Source of the DNA: Elusimicrobiota bacterium
GTDB lineage: Bacteria; Elusimicrobiota; Elusimicrobia; UBA1565
DNA length: 64,000 bases
Direction of reading: 5' to 3'
Assembly: GCA_041661185.1 (NCBI GenBank)
Contig: JBAZUV010000004.1
Span: 9,987 to 73,986 of the forward strand
Under the pieces are notes generated by a model. That model saw only the letters and a program-made list of their open reading frames with translations. It did no database searches and had not been told where the DNA came from. The translations under genes and the position numbers were made by a program. Each line of letters opens with the position of its first letter. The first letter of the stretch is position 1. Positions 29,234 to 38,515 of the stretch are shown here, piece by piece.

Positions 29234-29656
29234 TTAGGAGCCTGTCGGGCCGGTGGCGTCGATGTCCAACTCGATGCCTCCGCAGACGGAACTGAAGGCG
29301 TTATAGAGCGCCGCCACCACGAGGATAAGCGCGTCCATGAGCACCATATAAAGGACGGTGAATAGCAGCGTGGAGAGCAGCTTATAGCCGAAGGACATGC
29401 CGACCGTGTTCACGTTGGGCATGAGCACGAAGGTGACCAGCCCGCCGAAAAAACCCAGGCAGCCCAACACGCCCGTGAGCACCGGCTTGGCGGCCATGAT
29501 CACTCCGACGGACATGAGCACCGCGCCGCCCGCGGCCACCGGCAGGATCCCCCGAGCATAGCCGAACGCAGCGGCCAAGGCGCCGATGACTCCAAGTCCG
29601 ATGACCACGGGCCCCGGCTTCCAGAACGGATCGATCCTGCGGATGTGATAGCTCAT
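29234..29656 (-). CDS. Small integral membrane protein (4 predicted TM)
   Basis: 140 aa of hydrophobic helices (VVIGLGVIGALAAAF..., LTGVLGCLGFFGGLVTFVL..., LILVVAALYNAF). Confidence 0.55.
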   Translation of the reverse strand: MSYHIRRIDPFWKPGPVVIGLGVIGALAAAFGYARGILPVAAGGAVLMSVGVIMAAKPVLTGVLGCLGFFGGLVTFVLMPNVNTVGMSFGYKLLSTLLFTVLYMVLMDALILVVAALYNAFSSVCGGIELDIDATGPTGS

Positions 29657-29744
29657 CGTCCCTCCAAAAACTGAAAATAGCGCGTCCTACCCATGTTTTT
29701 TAGCAGTTAATCGCCTTTTTCGCAAGTAGAAAGGCTCTCGACAT

Positions 29745-29896
29745 CACCCACTTTTTCCGGCGGGTCCTGGAGCCGAGGGGAAACACCCTCCCTTCCCCCG
29801 CGCCCCTGGGAACTGGTTCCCCCCAAGCCGTGGGGCCCCCTTCACGGGAGCTGGAGGGTGTTTCCCCTCGGCTCCACCCGCCGTTTTCATTGGGTG
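29745..29896. repeat. MITE-like structured element, copy A (TIR cgacatcaccc / gggtgatgtcg; conserved core cttcccccgcgcccctgggaac..gttcccc...ggggccccc.tcacgggagc)
   Basis: It shares its architecture and core with 50156-50347 and 50456-50650. The inner stem ggagccgaggggaaacaccctcc / ggagggtgtttcccctcggctcc covaries with the other copies. Confidence 0.65.
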
Positions 29897-30005
29897 ATGT
29901 CGATTTGTGTGCGTGGGTAATACCCAAGGAAGGCCGCAGCTTTGGAGGTTCTTCTTCCCCGTTGAAAAGAGGCCTGGACTCCCGACATCGCCGAGCAACG
30001 AGACA

Positions 30006-31649
30006 TCACCGGATAGGCACGGCGGTCTCCAGGGCCCAGAAGGCGAAGGCTGGACTCTCTCTGCGGAGCGCGAGCCGCCGCACGCCGAAGCGGCGCAATC
30101 GCCCTGCGACCGAGGAGACCGCCTGAGGCTCCCTCAAGGTCACGACCACATCCGTCCTGCGGTCGATCTTCTTGAGCTGCTCAATGAGGACGACGCCGCC
30201 CGTTATCTCCGAACGGGGGATCCCGGTGCGCAGGGACTTATAATGAGGATCCGAATAAAGCCAGATGGGCGGACGTATCCACCACTGCATCGGGCCGCTG
30301 GCCCCGTCGGAAGCCACGATCAGGCGGCTGTTCTCGTCCTGGACGGCGGCGATGTCCTCGGGCGCGGCGAAGTTCCCCTCTTGGATGAGCGCCTCCAGCC
30401 GAAAACTCTCCCAGGCCGAAACCGCCATAAGGAAAAGAAGCCCAAGTACTATCCGCAGCCTCCATGCCCGAGAATCGATCCAACGCGACCGGAAAGCCTC
30501 CAGGGTCCCCGCGAGCAGCAGCACATAGCCGAGTCCGATGTACCATTGGTGATAATGGTGGCTGAAGCTGAGATTGCGGAACACCGTGATCCACGCCAGC
30601 CCGGAGAAAAGAGAGATCCCGCCGAGCGCCGCCAAAGGCGTCCGCAAAAAACGCCGCGCTCCCGCGCACCAGCCAAGGACAAGGACCGCCAAAAGCGCCA
30701 TGCCCGTCCGGGAGAAATTCATGCCCAAGAACCCCCACTGGCTCTTCATCCAGCCCAGCAAGGTCAGAGCGCTCATATCTTTGTTCATGCGGTAGAGCGC
30801 CTGGCTCTGCGCGACCTTCCCGCTGAACCCCAGGTGGTAGAGTATCCAAACGTTCAGCAGCATGCTGACGACGCCGACCGCCAGGAGGCCGTACAGGAAT
30901 CTCCGGTCCTCGCGCGGCCGGGTCGAGAACAGGTACGCCCAAAGTCCGACGCCCACGGCGTAAACCGCCCACTCGGCCTGAAAGAGCAAGAAGAACGCCG
31001 CCAAGAAAGCGATCCTCCGGAGCCGGCTCCCATCGAGTCTCATGGCCAGGCAATAGTTGAGCAAGACCACGAACGTCGCCACGATCTCGTGCTTCCAGGC
31101 ATCCTGATAATTGAAGTTCAGCGGCAAAACGACATAAAGGAAGGTCAGCGCCGCCGAAAGCTCCACGCTGCCCAGAACGCCGCGCAGCAGCAGGAAAAGA
31201 AGGACCGTGATCCCCATTGAGAAGAGCAGCGCGAAGCTCCGCGGGACCCAATGCTCGAAGCCCGCCGCGCCCGCATACGCCCTATAGAGCGTCGAGGCCA
31301 AGACCGGATGATGCGAGTAATGCTGCAGCCCAGTCTCCCGCCCGGACTCATCGTACGCATACCGAGTAAGCCCGAACACCTTCCAAGGATCCGACACCGC
31401 CGGATCCAAGGAATGCATCGCCATCAGCGTAAAATAAGCGTCATCCGCCGTCCAATGCGCCCGCCCCTCAAGGAATGGCTTATTGATCCGCGGCAACGAG
31501 ATGAGCAGCTGCAGGAACACTATTCCCGCGACAAACAGAACCCCTCGATGCCTTGAGATTTTTTCAATCACATCGGATGCCCATTCACTTGAGATGATAC
31601 AAGGCATAGCCGTCCTGCCCTGCCGCCCGAAGCTCCAGCCCATATCCAT
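30006..31649 (-). CDS. Polytopic membrane glycosyltransferase (PMT_2/ArnT-like, GT39/GT83-type); start uncertain
   Basis: 547 aa with ~11 TM helices, a periplasmic loop after TM1 carrying DDAYF, and a C-terminal soluble domain. The ORF start overlaps the upstream gene by 65 nt, so an internal start is likely. Confidence 0.55.
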   Translation of the reverse strand: MDMGWSFGRQGRTAMPCIISSEWASDVIEKISRHRGVLFVAGIVFLQLLISLPRINKPFLEGRAHWTADDAYFTLMAMHSLDPAVSDPWKVFGLTRYAYDESGRETGLQHYSHHPVLASTLYRAYAGAAGFEHWVPRSFALLFSMGITVLLFLLLRGVLGSVELSAALTFLYVVLPLNFNYQDAWKHEIVATFVVLLNYCLAMRLDGSRLRRIAFLAAFFLLFQAEWAVYAVGVGLWAYLFSTRPREDRRFLYGLLAVGVVSMLLNVWILYHLGFSGKVAQSQALYRMNKDMSALTLLGWMKSQWGFLGMNFSRTGMALLAVLVLGWCAGARRFLRTPLAALGGISLFSGLAWITVFRNLSFSHHYHQWYIGLGYVLLLAGTLEAFRSRWIDSRAWRLRIVLGLLFLMAVSAWESFRLEALIQEGNFAAPEDIAAVQDENSRLIVASDGASGPMQWWIRPPIWLYSDPHYKSLRTGIPRSEITGGVVLIEQLKKIDRRTDVVVTLREPQAVSSVAGRLRRFGVRRLALRRESPAFAFWALETAVPIR

Positions 31650-33081
31650 CGAAAAAGCGCCGCCATTCGGGCGAGGAAAGCACTTTGGATGTGACGAATA
31701 TCTCCCCTCCGGACATCCTCGCCTGCTCGATCCGATCTTTAAGTTCAGGAAGACGTGAATGGTAAAATCCGATCGTCAGCGGTTTCCTTTGAGCGAAATA
31801 CGGGATGTAAAGCTCATCTCCTCCCCCTTCTCCCGTGACCCAATCTGCTTCCGTCGTATTGGCTTTAATAAGCGCCATATGCGTCAGATTCGGATTATTG
31901 GAAAAAAATGACCTCGGATATATTTCCGCGGAAAAATTCGCGGCCCCGAGCAGGGCGGCAAGACAAACTCCGGCCAACGGAGACATCCAGCTTCGCGGCA
32001 GGGTTTGAGCCGCCAGGAAGAACAGCGTCACCAGCGGAACCAAGTCGGAGACGCGATACACCATGGTTCGAGGCTCCCAGGACGTGAATACCGCGGCATA
32101 GGCGCCCAGCCAGATCAGGCAGCCTATGGCCGTCGTCCGCTGGGATCCCTCCAGCTTCTTGAATCGCACCGCCGTCAAAATGAAGAAAGCCAGGCATGCC
32201 GATCGCCCGGCATAAGACAAGAACGCGGACGGCGCCCAAGCCGCCGGACTCTGAAACCCAGGCAAAAAAGAGACGAAAATATTGAGCGTCATCTTAGCCC
32301 ACGCCGCAAAGCCGCCCGGTCCCAGCGCGCCGTGCCAGACCAGGCTTTGCCCTCCGCCGCTGGCGCTGCCCAAGAGCCAATGCAGCGCGGCCGCCATGTT
32401 CGAGGGTCTCACGATGAGAGCGAGCGCCGCGGCATAGACCGCGCACAATAAAACGCCCAGGGACAGCGCATAGGCGAGAATCAGCCGCCGCCCATTGCGA
32501 GGATCGCAGGAGAAGAGGAACCATGCCCCGACCGCGACGAAAACGACATTCACGATATGCCCCGACACGGCCAGTCCATGAAGCAGGGCCAGGCCGTACG
32601 GCGACAATCTCTTGGTCATGCTCGAAAAAATCAAATAGGAGAACAGGAGGATCAGCAGGCATGTGGAAAAAATATAGTTCTCCGCGTCCGTGCTCCAATT
32701 CCAATAGCCCAGGCTGAGCGCCAAAACGGCGGACCACGCCGCCGCCGAGGCCCGTGTCGCTCCGATACAACGCAGCGTCAAGAAATAACAGCAAAGCCCC
32801 AAGCCTCCTATCAGCGCATCCATGACTTGCAGCGAGATAAGCGCGAGTCCCGCGCAGCCGAGGAGCTTCAGCACGCCGTGGAAACAAAAACCCGCGAACC
32901 CATACGCCAGATGATTCCCATTGAACAAGCCCCGAAAACTCCCCAATTCGATCGGCATCGCCCGAGCCAAACCTTCAAAAACATACGTCTTCGACAGGAA
33001 TCCCAGGTAGAGGGCGGCTGCGGCAAGCCCCAGCCCTATCCCGCAATAAAAATCGAGACTGCCGATCTTATGTTTATCCAT
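31585..33081 (-). CDS. Polytopic membrane protein, probable glycosyltransferase (PMT-like)
   Basis: 498 aa with ≥10 TM helices and a C-terminal ~100-aa soluble domain; it is paired with the neighbouring glycosyltransferase-like gene. Confidence 0.5.
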   Translation of the reverse strand: MDKHKIGSLDFYCGIGLGLAAAALYLGFLSKTYVFEGLARAMPIELGSFRGLFNGNHLAYGFAGFCFHGVLKLLGCAGLALISLQVMDALIGGLGLCCYFLTLRCIGATRASAAAWSAVLALSLGYWNWSTDAENYIFSTCLLILLFSYLIFSSMTKRLSPYGLALLHGLAVSGHIVNVVFVAVGAWFLFSCDPRNGRRLILAYALSLGVLLCAVYAAALALIVRPSNMAAALHWLLGSASGGGQSLVWHGALGPGGFAAWAKMTLNIFVSFLPGFQSPAAWAPSAFLSYAGRSACLAFFILTAVRFKKLEGSQRTTAIGCLIWLGAYAAVFTSWEPRTMVYRVSDLVPLVTLFFLAAQTLPRSWMSPLAGVCLAALLGAANFSAEIYPRSFFSNNPNLTHMALIKANTTEADWVTGEGGGDELYIPYFAQRKPLTIGFYHSRLPELKDRIEQARMSGGEIFVTSKVLSSPEWRRFFDGYGLELRAAGQDGYALYHLK

Positions 33082-33472
33082 CAGAGCTCCCTTCGCAGTG
33101 TAAAGTCTGCCATTTTTAATTCCCCTCGGTTATGTTCCAGATTTAGAAGGCGATAGAAAGCGACATCCGATGGGCAATAAAATACGCGCTGAGCTACGCA
33201 AAACATGCGCAACTCAGAAATACCGCGAAGCGTCGAGCTCTCCAATCCCTTCATCAGGGTGCCGAACACGGTGCCGTGGGACAAGGGATATGGGTCCGCG
33301 GGGCGTCTCGGAGCGCGCGCAGCCCTCTGCGCGCGCGAGAGCCGAGCGGACGCCGACGACAGAGGCGGACCGCGTACCCGCGAACCCATATCCCTTGGCG
33401 CACGGCGCACAAGCCACGACTTACCTTTCTGAGGGACCTGAGAATCTTTCTACGTGGGGTTTTACGACCGCG

Positions 33473-34684
33473 CTAGGATAGCGCGGAAGATTTCTTGGGC
33501 TCGAAGAGGATGAGGGTGCGCCTCAACTCCCCCTCCTCTTCGAGATGAACGGCGCGCACATGGCAGGCTTCCTGGCGGAACATCGTGTCCGTCTCCACGA
33601 CCTGGTTGGGCCTATCGAGCGCCACGCCGACCAATCGCAGCACGTCCTGCTGCTGACTGTCGATGACGTCCAGCAGGTGCAGGCGCGCATTCGGGTCGAC
33701 GGACGAGGTCACCGGGAAATTGGTGTAGAGCACGGTATTGTCCTCGTCGACTACGATGGCCCGGTGCGCCTTGGTCACGATGGTCGTCAGGATAGACTGC
33801 CACCAGCGCTGCTCGGCCACGCCCCGCTGCTTCTCGCGGACCATGGTATTGGCGCGGTCGGCCTTCACCTTCTGAAGGAACACGCCGAGCACGCCGGCCA
33901 AATCCCCGATCTCGTCCTTGCGCGGAGAGAACTTGATGTCCAGGTTCTTGAAAGAGATCGCCTCCACCGCGTCGCGCAGGTGCAGGAGCGGATTGACCAC
34001 GAAATGGTGCAGGAAAAAATAGAGCGGGATGCCCAGGAGGAAGAGCACGCCGATGGCGCCCAGCACATACTTGCGCATGGCCTGCGCGATCAAGTCCTTG
34101 ACCCCCTCGCGGGAGACCTGCATGTCCACGATGCCCATGACCTCGCCCCGCACGGCCAAGGGGATCGCGATCTCATAGAGCGGCTGGCCCGGCACGTTGC
34201 GGACCTTCGGGAGCTTGGAGAGATAGGCCTGCTCCACCGCGTCGGTGGGCAGCGGCAGGGCCTTGGTGAACTCATCGAAGGTCTTGCCGATGTAGCCCGG
34301 GTCCTTGAACCAGCGCACCTCGCCGTAGCGGTTGAAGTAGACCAAGGCCGCCACGCGCTCGTCTCGCGAGAGGCTTTCGCTGACGATCTGAAACTCCTCC
34401 ATCTTGATCGAGCTCTGGCGCTCGCTCAAGCCCCGGATGAGCTGATAGGCCTGCACCTTGACCAGGTCGATGGCCTCCTGCTTGAGCTTCTCGTCGAAAG
34501 TCCACTTGAAAAGGTTGTAGTAGAAGATCCCGCCCAGGAACATCACGTAGACGCCGATGGACAGATACCACAAGAACCACTTGGTGGAGAGCCTCACTGC
34601 GCTCCCCCGTAGGTCTGGTCGATCCTCTGCAGGCCCGCGGAACAGTCGGAGTTGGTGGGATCGAACTGAACGCAGAGCCTCCAC
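33473..34684 (-). CDS. Membrane sensor protein with extracytoplasmic domain, HAMP and C-terminal PAS-like domain (no output domain)
   Basis: TM1 is WFLWYLSIGVYVMFLGGIFYY and TM2 is YVLGAIGVLFLLGIPLYFFL; HAMP is LHLRDAVEAISFKNLDIKFSPRKDEIGDLAGVLGVFLQKV. The ORF start overlaps the TPR gene by 90 nt, so the true start is probably internal. Confidence 0.65.
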   Translation of the reverse strand: MEALRSVRSHQLRLFRGPAEDRPDLRGSAVRLSTKWFLWYLSIGVYVMFLGGIFYYNLFKWTFDEKLKQEAIDLVKVQAYQLIRGLSERQSSIKMEEFQIVSESLSRDERVAALVYFNRYGEVRWFKDPGYIGKTFDEFTKALPLPTDAVEQAYLSKLPKVRNVPGQPLYEIAIPLAVRGEVMGIVDMQVSREGVKDLIAQAMRKYVLGAIGVLFLLGIPLYFFLHHFVVNPLLHLRDAVEAISFKNLDIKFSPRKDEIGDLAGVLGVFLQKVKADRANTMVREKQRGVAEQRWWQSILTTIVTKAHRAIVVDEDNTVLYTNFPVTSSVDPNARLHLLDVIDSQQQDVLRLVGVALDRPNQVVETDTMFRQEACHVRAVHLEEEGELRRTLILFEPKKSSALS

Positions 34685-35946
34685 TCATCGCGCGCCTTGG
34701 CGTAGTCGTTGCGCTGATAGGCCACCAGGCCCTGCTGCCAGTGCCGGACCGCGTTCTTCTTGTTCTCGTCGGCCGCGGTCCCCGCGCCCTGGACCTGGAC
34801 ATCGCCGGGAGCGCTCGCCGCGGCGGCCTCGGCCTTGGCCTTATCCGCCTCCTCCTGCTTCTTGCGCTCCTCTTCATCCTTCTTGCGCTGCTCCTCCTCC
34901 TCGGCGTCCCGCTTGGCCTGCTCGGCCTTGCGGCGGCGGGCCTCCGACTCCCTCTGCATCTGCTCCTTGGCGCGAGCGATGAGCACGTTGGCGCGCCGAG
35001 GGTCATAGCCGTAGTCCACGGCCTTATTCCAAGAGTCCACGGCCTGCTTGTACTGCCGCTCCTTATATTGATTGCGGCCCTCGGCCACGTGCTGGCTGGC
35101 GATCTCCAGACGGATCTCGTTGATGAGCTTCTGGGCCTTGGCCTCGCCGGGCTCGATGCGCAGGACCTCATCGAGCAATTTAAGCGCGGAGGCGCTCTGC
35201 CCCTGCCCGTAGAGGGCGAGGGCCTGCTGAAGCTTGTCGTTGGCCTCCTGCCTGCGCAGCTCGGACTCGACGCGCGCGATAGTCCCCATCAGGCGCGGGT
35301 ATTTCGGATTGAGCACCAGCGCCGAATACCACTGATCGAGGGACTCGCGCAGACGGTGCAGCTGGTAGGCGCGCTGTCCGCGGCGGAAGTGCTCATCGGC
35401 CAGCTCGCCGCGCGCCTTCCTGAGCCAATAGCGGGCCTTGAGGTTCCCGGGAGAGAGCTTCGTGGCCTCCTCCCAGCGCTGGGTCGCCTCGACCAAGCGT
35501 CCCTGGCGATAGAGCGTCATTCCTTCCTCGAAGCGGTCCTCGACCAAGCGCCGCTCGGAGAGCCCGGGCTTGGGAGCCCCGTCGAGCTCCACGGAGGCGC
35601 GGTGCAGGATGGCCGCATCCTGAAAGCCGGGATCCATGGACAGGATCTTGGCGGTCAGCTCCCGGGAGCCGTCGAAGTCTCCCTCCTTGTAGAGGTCATA
35701 GGCGTTCTCATAGACCGTGCGCAGGAGCCTGTGCATCATGCGCGACTTCTCAAGCTGGATGGTGTAGAGGTATTTCTTCTTGGCCTCATGCGAGGAAAGC
35801 GTGCCCAGCTGAGTCTTGGAAAAATCCAGGAACAGGCCTTCGAGGGTCGGGGCCTTCTCCTCGTCCGGCTTGGCCGCGGCCGGCCGCGCGAAGACCGCCG
35901 GCCAAGCCAGCAGCATTGCGAGCCCCAACCGTTTCATCCAGGCCAT
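34594..35946 (-). CDS. Secreted TPR-repeat protein with Lys/Glu-rich coiled-coil tail (TadD-like candidate)
   Basis: Signal peptide MAWMKRLGLAMLLAWPAVFARPAAA, multiple TPR units (AIARYWLRKA..., ALALYGQGQSASALKLLDEVLRIEPGEA), and KKDEEERKKQEEADKAKAE. Confidence 0.75.
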   Translation of the reverse strand: MAWMKRLGLAMLLAWPAVFARPAAAKPDEEKAPTLEGLFLDFSKTQLGTLSSHEAKKKYLYTIQLEKSRMMHRLLRTVYENAYDLYKEGDFDGSRELTAKILSMDPGFQDAAILHRASVELDGAPKPGLSERRLVEDRFEEGMTLYRQGRLVEATQRWEEATKLSPGNLKARYWLRKARGELADEHFRRGQRAYQLHRLRESLDQWYSALVLNPKYPRLMGTIARVESELRRQEANDKLQQALALYGQGQSASALKLLDEVLRIEPGEAKAQKLINEIRLEIASQHVAEGRNQYKERQYKQAVDSWNKAVDYGYDPRRANVLIARAKEQMQRESEARRRKAEQAKRDAEEEEQRKKDEEERKKQEEADKAKAEAAAASAPGDVQVQGAGTAADENKKNAVRHWQQGLVAYQRNDYAKARDEWRLCVQFDPTNSDCSAGLQRIDQTYGGAQ

Positions 35947-36839
35947 TAGAAACCCATCCCTCCTTTCTTGAAGATGTTGAGGACCATCGGGCTGAGCATG
36001 AGGATGAAGACCGTGGGGAAGATGAAGAAGAATATGGGGATGAGCATCTTGGTGGAGGCCTGCGCGGCCGCCTTCTCCGCGTTATTGAGCCGCCGAAAGC
36101 GCATGTCCGAGGAGAAGTTCCGCAAGAGGTCCACCAGGCTCGTACCCAGTTCGTCGGACTGGATGATGAGCCCCACGAAGGAGCGCACGTCCTGCAGGCC
36201 CGTGCGCATGGCCAGCCTGCGCAGAGCGTCGCGGCGGGAATAGCCGAGTCCGACCTCGCTGATGGCGCGCTCGACCTCGCGCTCGAGCTCCGTCTTCTTG
36301 ATGGCGACCGAGATGATGCGGTCGAAAGCGGTCATGTAGTCCAGCCCGGACTCGATGGTGAGCGCGGCTAGGTCGACCAAAGAAGGGAAGTTGCGCAGGA
36401 TCTCTCTCTGGCGCTCCTGGATGCGGCCCTTGAAATAGAAATCCGGCATGTAGAAGGCCACGGGCGCGGCGAGGACGCCCAAGAACACGCTCTCGGACAT
36501 GAAGTAGACGAAGCCCGCCGCCACTACGCAGCAGAGCTCCTTGTAGTGGAGTATCTGCAAGGCATTGGGCTTCTCCGGCTTGCCCAAGAGCATGTGCAGG
36601 TTCTCCAGCCGCGCGCCCATCTTGGCCTGATGCACGAGGAAGAAGTCCAGGCGCTCCAGGAGCCCGCCCTGGGGATTGAGCTTCTCGAAAGGAGAGACGT
36701 CCCCCTCCCGCTTGCCCGCGATGCGCGCCAGCGAGTCCGCGTCCTCCTCGGGAGAGGAGAACATCCGCTGCACCAGGGTGAAGACGGCCATGGACCCCAG
36801 GAAGCCGATGATGAGCAGCAATATCTGCATCAGTGCCAT
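35946..36839 (-). CDS. tadC: Tad pilus inner-membrane platform protein TadC (T2SSF family)
   Basis: 297 aa with the T2SSF domain pattern (LDFFLVHQAKMGARLEN..., SLVDLAALTIESGLDYMTAFDRI) and N- and C-terminal TM helices. Confidence 0.8.
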   Translation of the reverse strand: MALMQILLLIIGFLGSMAVFTLVQRMFSSPEEDADSLARIAGKREGDVSPFEKLNPQGGLLERLDFFLVHQAKMGARLENLHMLLGKPEKPNALQILHYKELCCVVAAGFVYFMSESVFLGVLAAPVAFYMPDFYFKGRIQERQREILRNFPSLVDLAALTIESGLDYMTAFDRIISVAIKKTELEREVERAISEVGLGYSRRDALRRLAMRTGLQDVRSFVGLIIQSDELGTSLVDLLRNFSSDMRFRRLNNAEKAAAQASTKMLIPIFFFIFPTVFILMLSPMVLNIFKKGGMGF

Positions 36840-36840
36840 A

Positions 36841-38364
36841 TCAAACCTGGATGTCCGCGAGCTTGCGGACGACCCCCATGCCGATCGACATCCACACCGC
36901 GCAGAAGCCGATGGTGATGACGCCGATGACGCTGAAATAGTAGGCGTTCATGACCTCGGGCTGGAAGGCCCACATGAGCCCCATCATGGCCCAAGGCATG
37001 ATGCCCACGACCACGGCCTGGATGCGCTGCTGCGCGGTCAAGGACTGCGCCTTCTCCTCGAGCTTGCCCTCGTCGCGGATGTTCTCCACGATGCGGTCGA
37101 AGAGCTTGGTGAGGTTTCCTCCCACCGCGCGCTGGATGATGACGGCCTTGATGAGATAGGAGAGCAGGCGGCTGGCGATGCGCTCCTCCATGCCGAGCAG
37201 GGCCTTCTCGAAGGGCGTGCCGAGCTGGTAGTTCTTGAGCACGAGTCCGAACTCCTCGGAGATGGGAGGCACGAGATCGCGCTGGACGAGCTCGAAGCCC
37301 TGCACGATGTCCAAGCCCGACTTGAGCGCGTTGGACATGAGGATCATGGCGTCCATGAGCTGGGCCTCGACGCGCTTGCCTCGGCGCAGCCTCAGCGTAT
37401 TGAGTATCCATTCCGGCGCCTTGATCCCCAGATAGACGCCCGCGCAGGAGAAGATCATGAACCCGAAAATATTGAACGAAAGCACCCCGAGCATCAAGCC
37501 CACGATCATGGGCGTGAGGATGAGGTACTGGACCTTCATGGCCATGAACTGGCGGTTGAATTCATTGGCCCAATGCTTCGCCTTCTGCGCATGCTGCTCA
37601 AAGAGCCCGTAGACCGCGTCGGACTTGGCCTGTCCGTAGAGCCAGCCTGCCAGGAAAACGAACAGAGAGCCCAGCATCATGAGGAAGAGTATCCCGCCCT
37701 GGGAAGCCGGCGCGTCCTTGCCCGGAGGATTGAAGCCGCGCGGAGAACTGCGCAGGATCTGAAAGGCCTGGTTGGTGAGCGTGCCTACGGCCATCACGGA
37801 TTCCTGATAGCGCCGGGCGTCCTGGCTGGTCAGGGCGTCCAAGACGGATTCCATCTCGCGCAGGATGAGATCGTAGACGGCCAGGAGCGCGCGGCCGCGG
37901 CCGCCCAGGGAATCTCCCAGCTTCGCGCGGTAGAGACGGTCCAGCGACATCTGGAAGCGGATGCGGCTGTCCTCATAGTCCTTGACCAGCGCGCCCGGCG
38001 GGGTGAGCTGGCCGTTGAACTCCGGCGGGAAGGTCTTGCGCGTGTGCTCGAAGAACTCATAGAGCACCGAGACCGGCGCCTGCCAAAGCTGGGCCTCGTT
38101 GAGCACTCCCTCGTCGGGATCCTGCCAGACAGGCCGGCTGACCATGGCCTCCAGGATGCCGTCGATCCACGCCGGAACCTGGAGGTTCGGGTCCCGGTCC
38201 TTCTTGAAATAGTGGTAGATGTACTGGGCGCGCGCCTCGGCCCCGTTGTCGGAGTTGACCAGATAGTCGATCTGCTTCTTGCTGAACTGCGCGCACGCCG
38301 GCGCGGGCGCCAGCGCCGCCAAAAGCCCCGCCAGCACAAAGAAGCAGGCCGCCTGGGGATACAT
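36841..38364 (-). CDS. tadB: TadB-like T2SSF platform protein with ~330-aa N-terminal signal peptide + periplasmic extension
   Basis: The start is reassigned to the ATG at 38364 (MYPQAACFFVLAGLLAALAPAPACAQ), because the ORF upstream of it translates hairpin repeats. The C-terminal 180 aa carry T2SSF motifs (SNALKSGLDIVQGFELV..., QRAVGGNLTKLFDRIVENIRD). Confidence 0.75.
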   Translation of the reverse strand: MYPQAACFFVLAGLLAALAPAPACAQFSKKQIDYLVNSDNGAEARAQYIYHYFKKDRDPNLQVPAWIDGILEAMVSRPVWQDPDEGVLNEAQLWQAPVSVLYEFFEHTRKTFPPEFNGQLTPPGALVKDYEDSRIRFQMSLDRLYRAKLGDSLGGRGRALLAVYDLILREMESVLDALTSQDARRYQESVMAVGTLTNQAFQILRSSPRGFNPPGKDAPASQGGILFLMMLGSLFVFLAGWLYGQAKSDAVYGLFEQHAQKAKHWANEFNRQFMAMKVQYLILTPMIVGLMLGVLSFNIFGFMIFSCAGVYLGIKAPEWILNTLRLRRGKRVEAQLMDAMILMSNALKSGLDIVQGFELVQRDLVPPISEEFGLVLKNYQLGTPFEKALLGMEERIASRLLSYLIKAVIIQRAVGGNLTKLFDRIVENIRDEGKLEEKAQSLTAQQRIQAVVVGIMPWAMMGLMWAFQPEVMNAYYFSVIGVITIGFCAVWMSIGMGVVRKLADIQV

Positions 38365-38382
38365 CCTACGTTCCTTCTTTTT

Positions 38383-38490
38383 CGTCACCCCGGGCTTGAC
38401 CCGGGGGCCAGGAGCACGGCCAAACGACTTCCCCTGGATCCCGGCTTCCGCCGGGATGACGAATTTATGGGCTTTCGCCGGGATGACGAG
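38383..38490. repeat. GC-rich hairpin cluster 6
   Basis: gtcaccccgggcttgacccggggg, ctggatcccggcttccgccgggatgac, gggctttcgccgggatgac. Confidence 0.6.
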
Positions 38491-38515
38491 GAGCGCGAAG
38501 GAGACGGCCTCGCGC

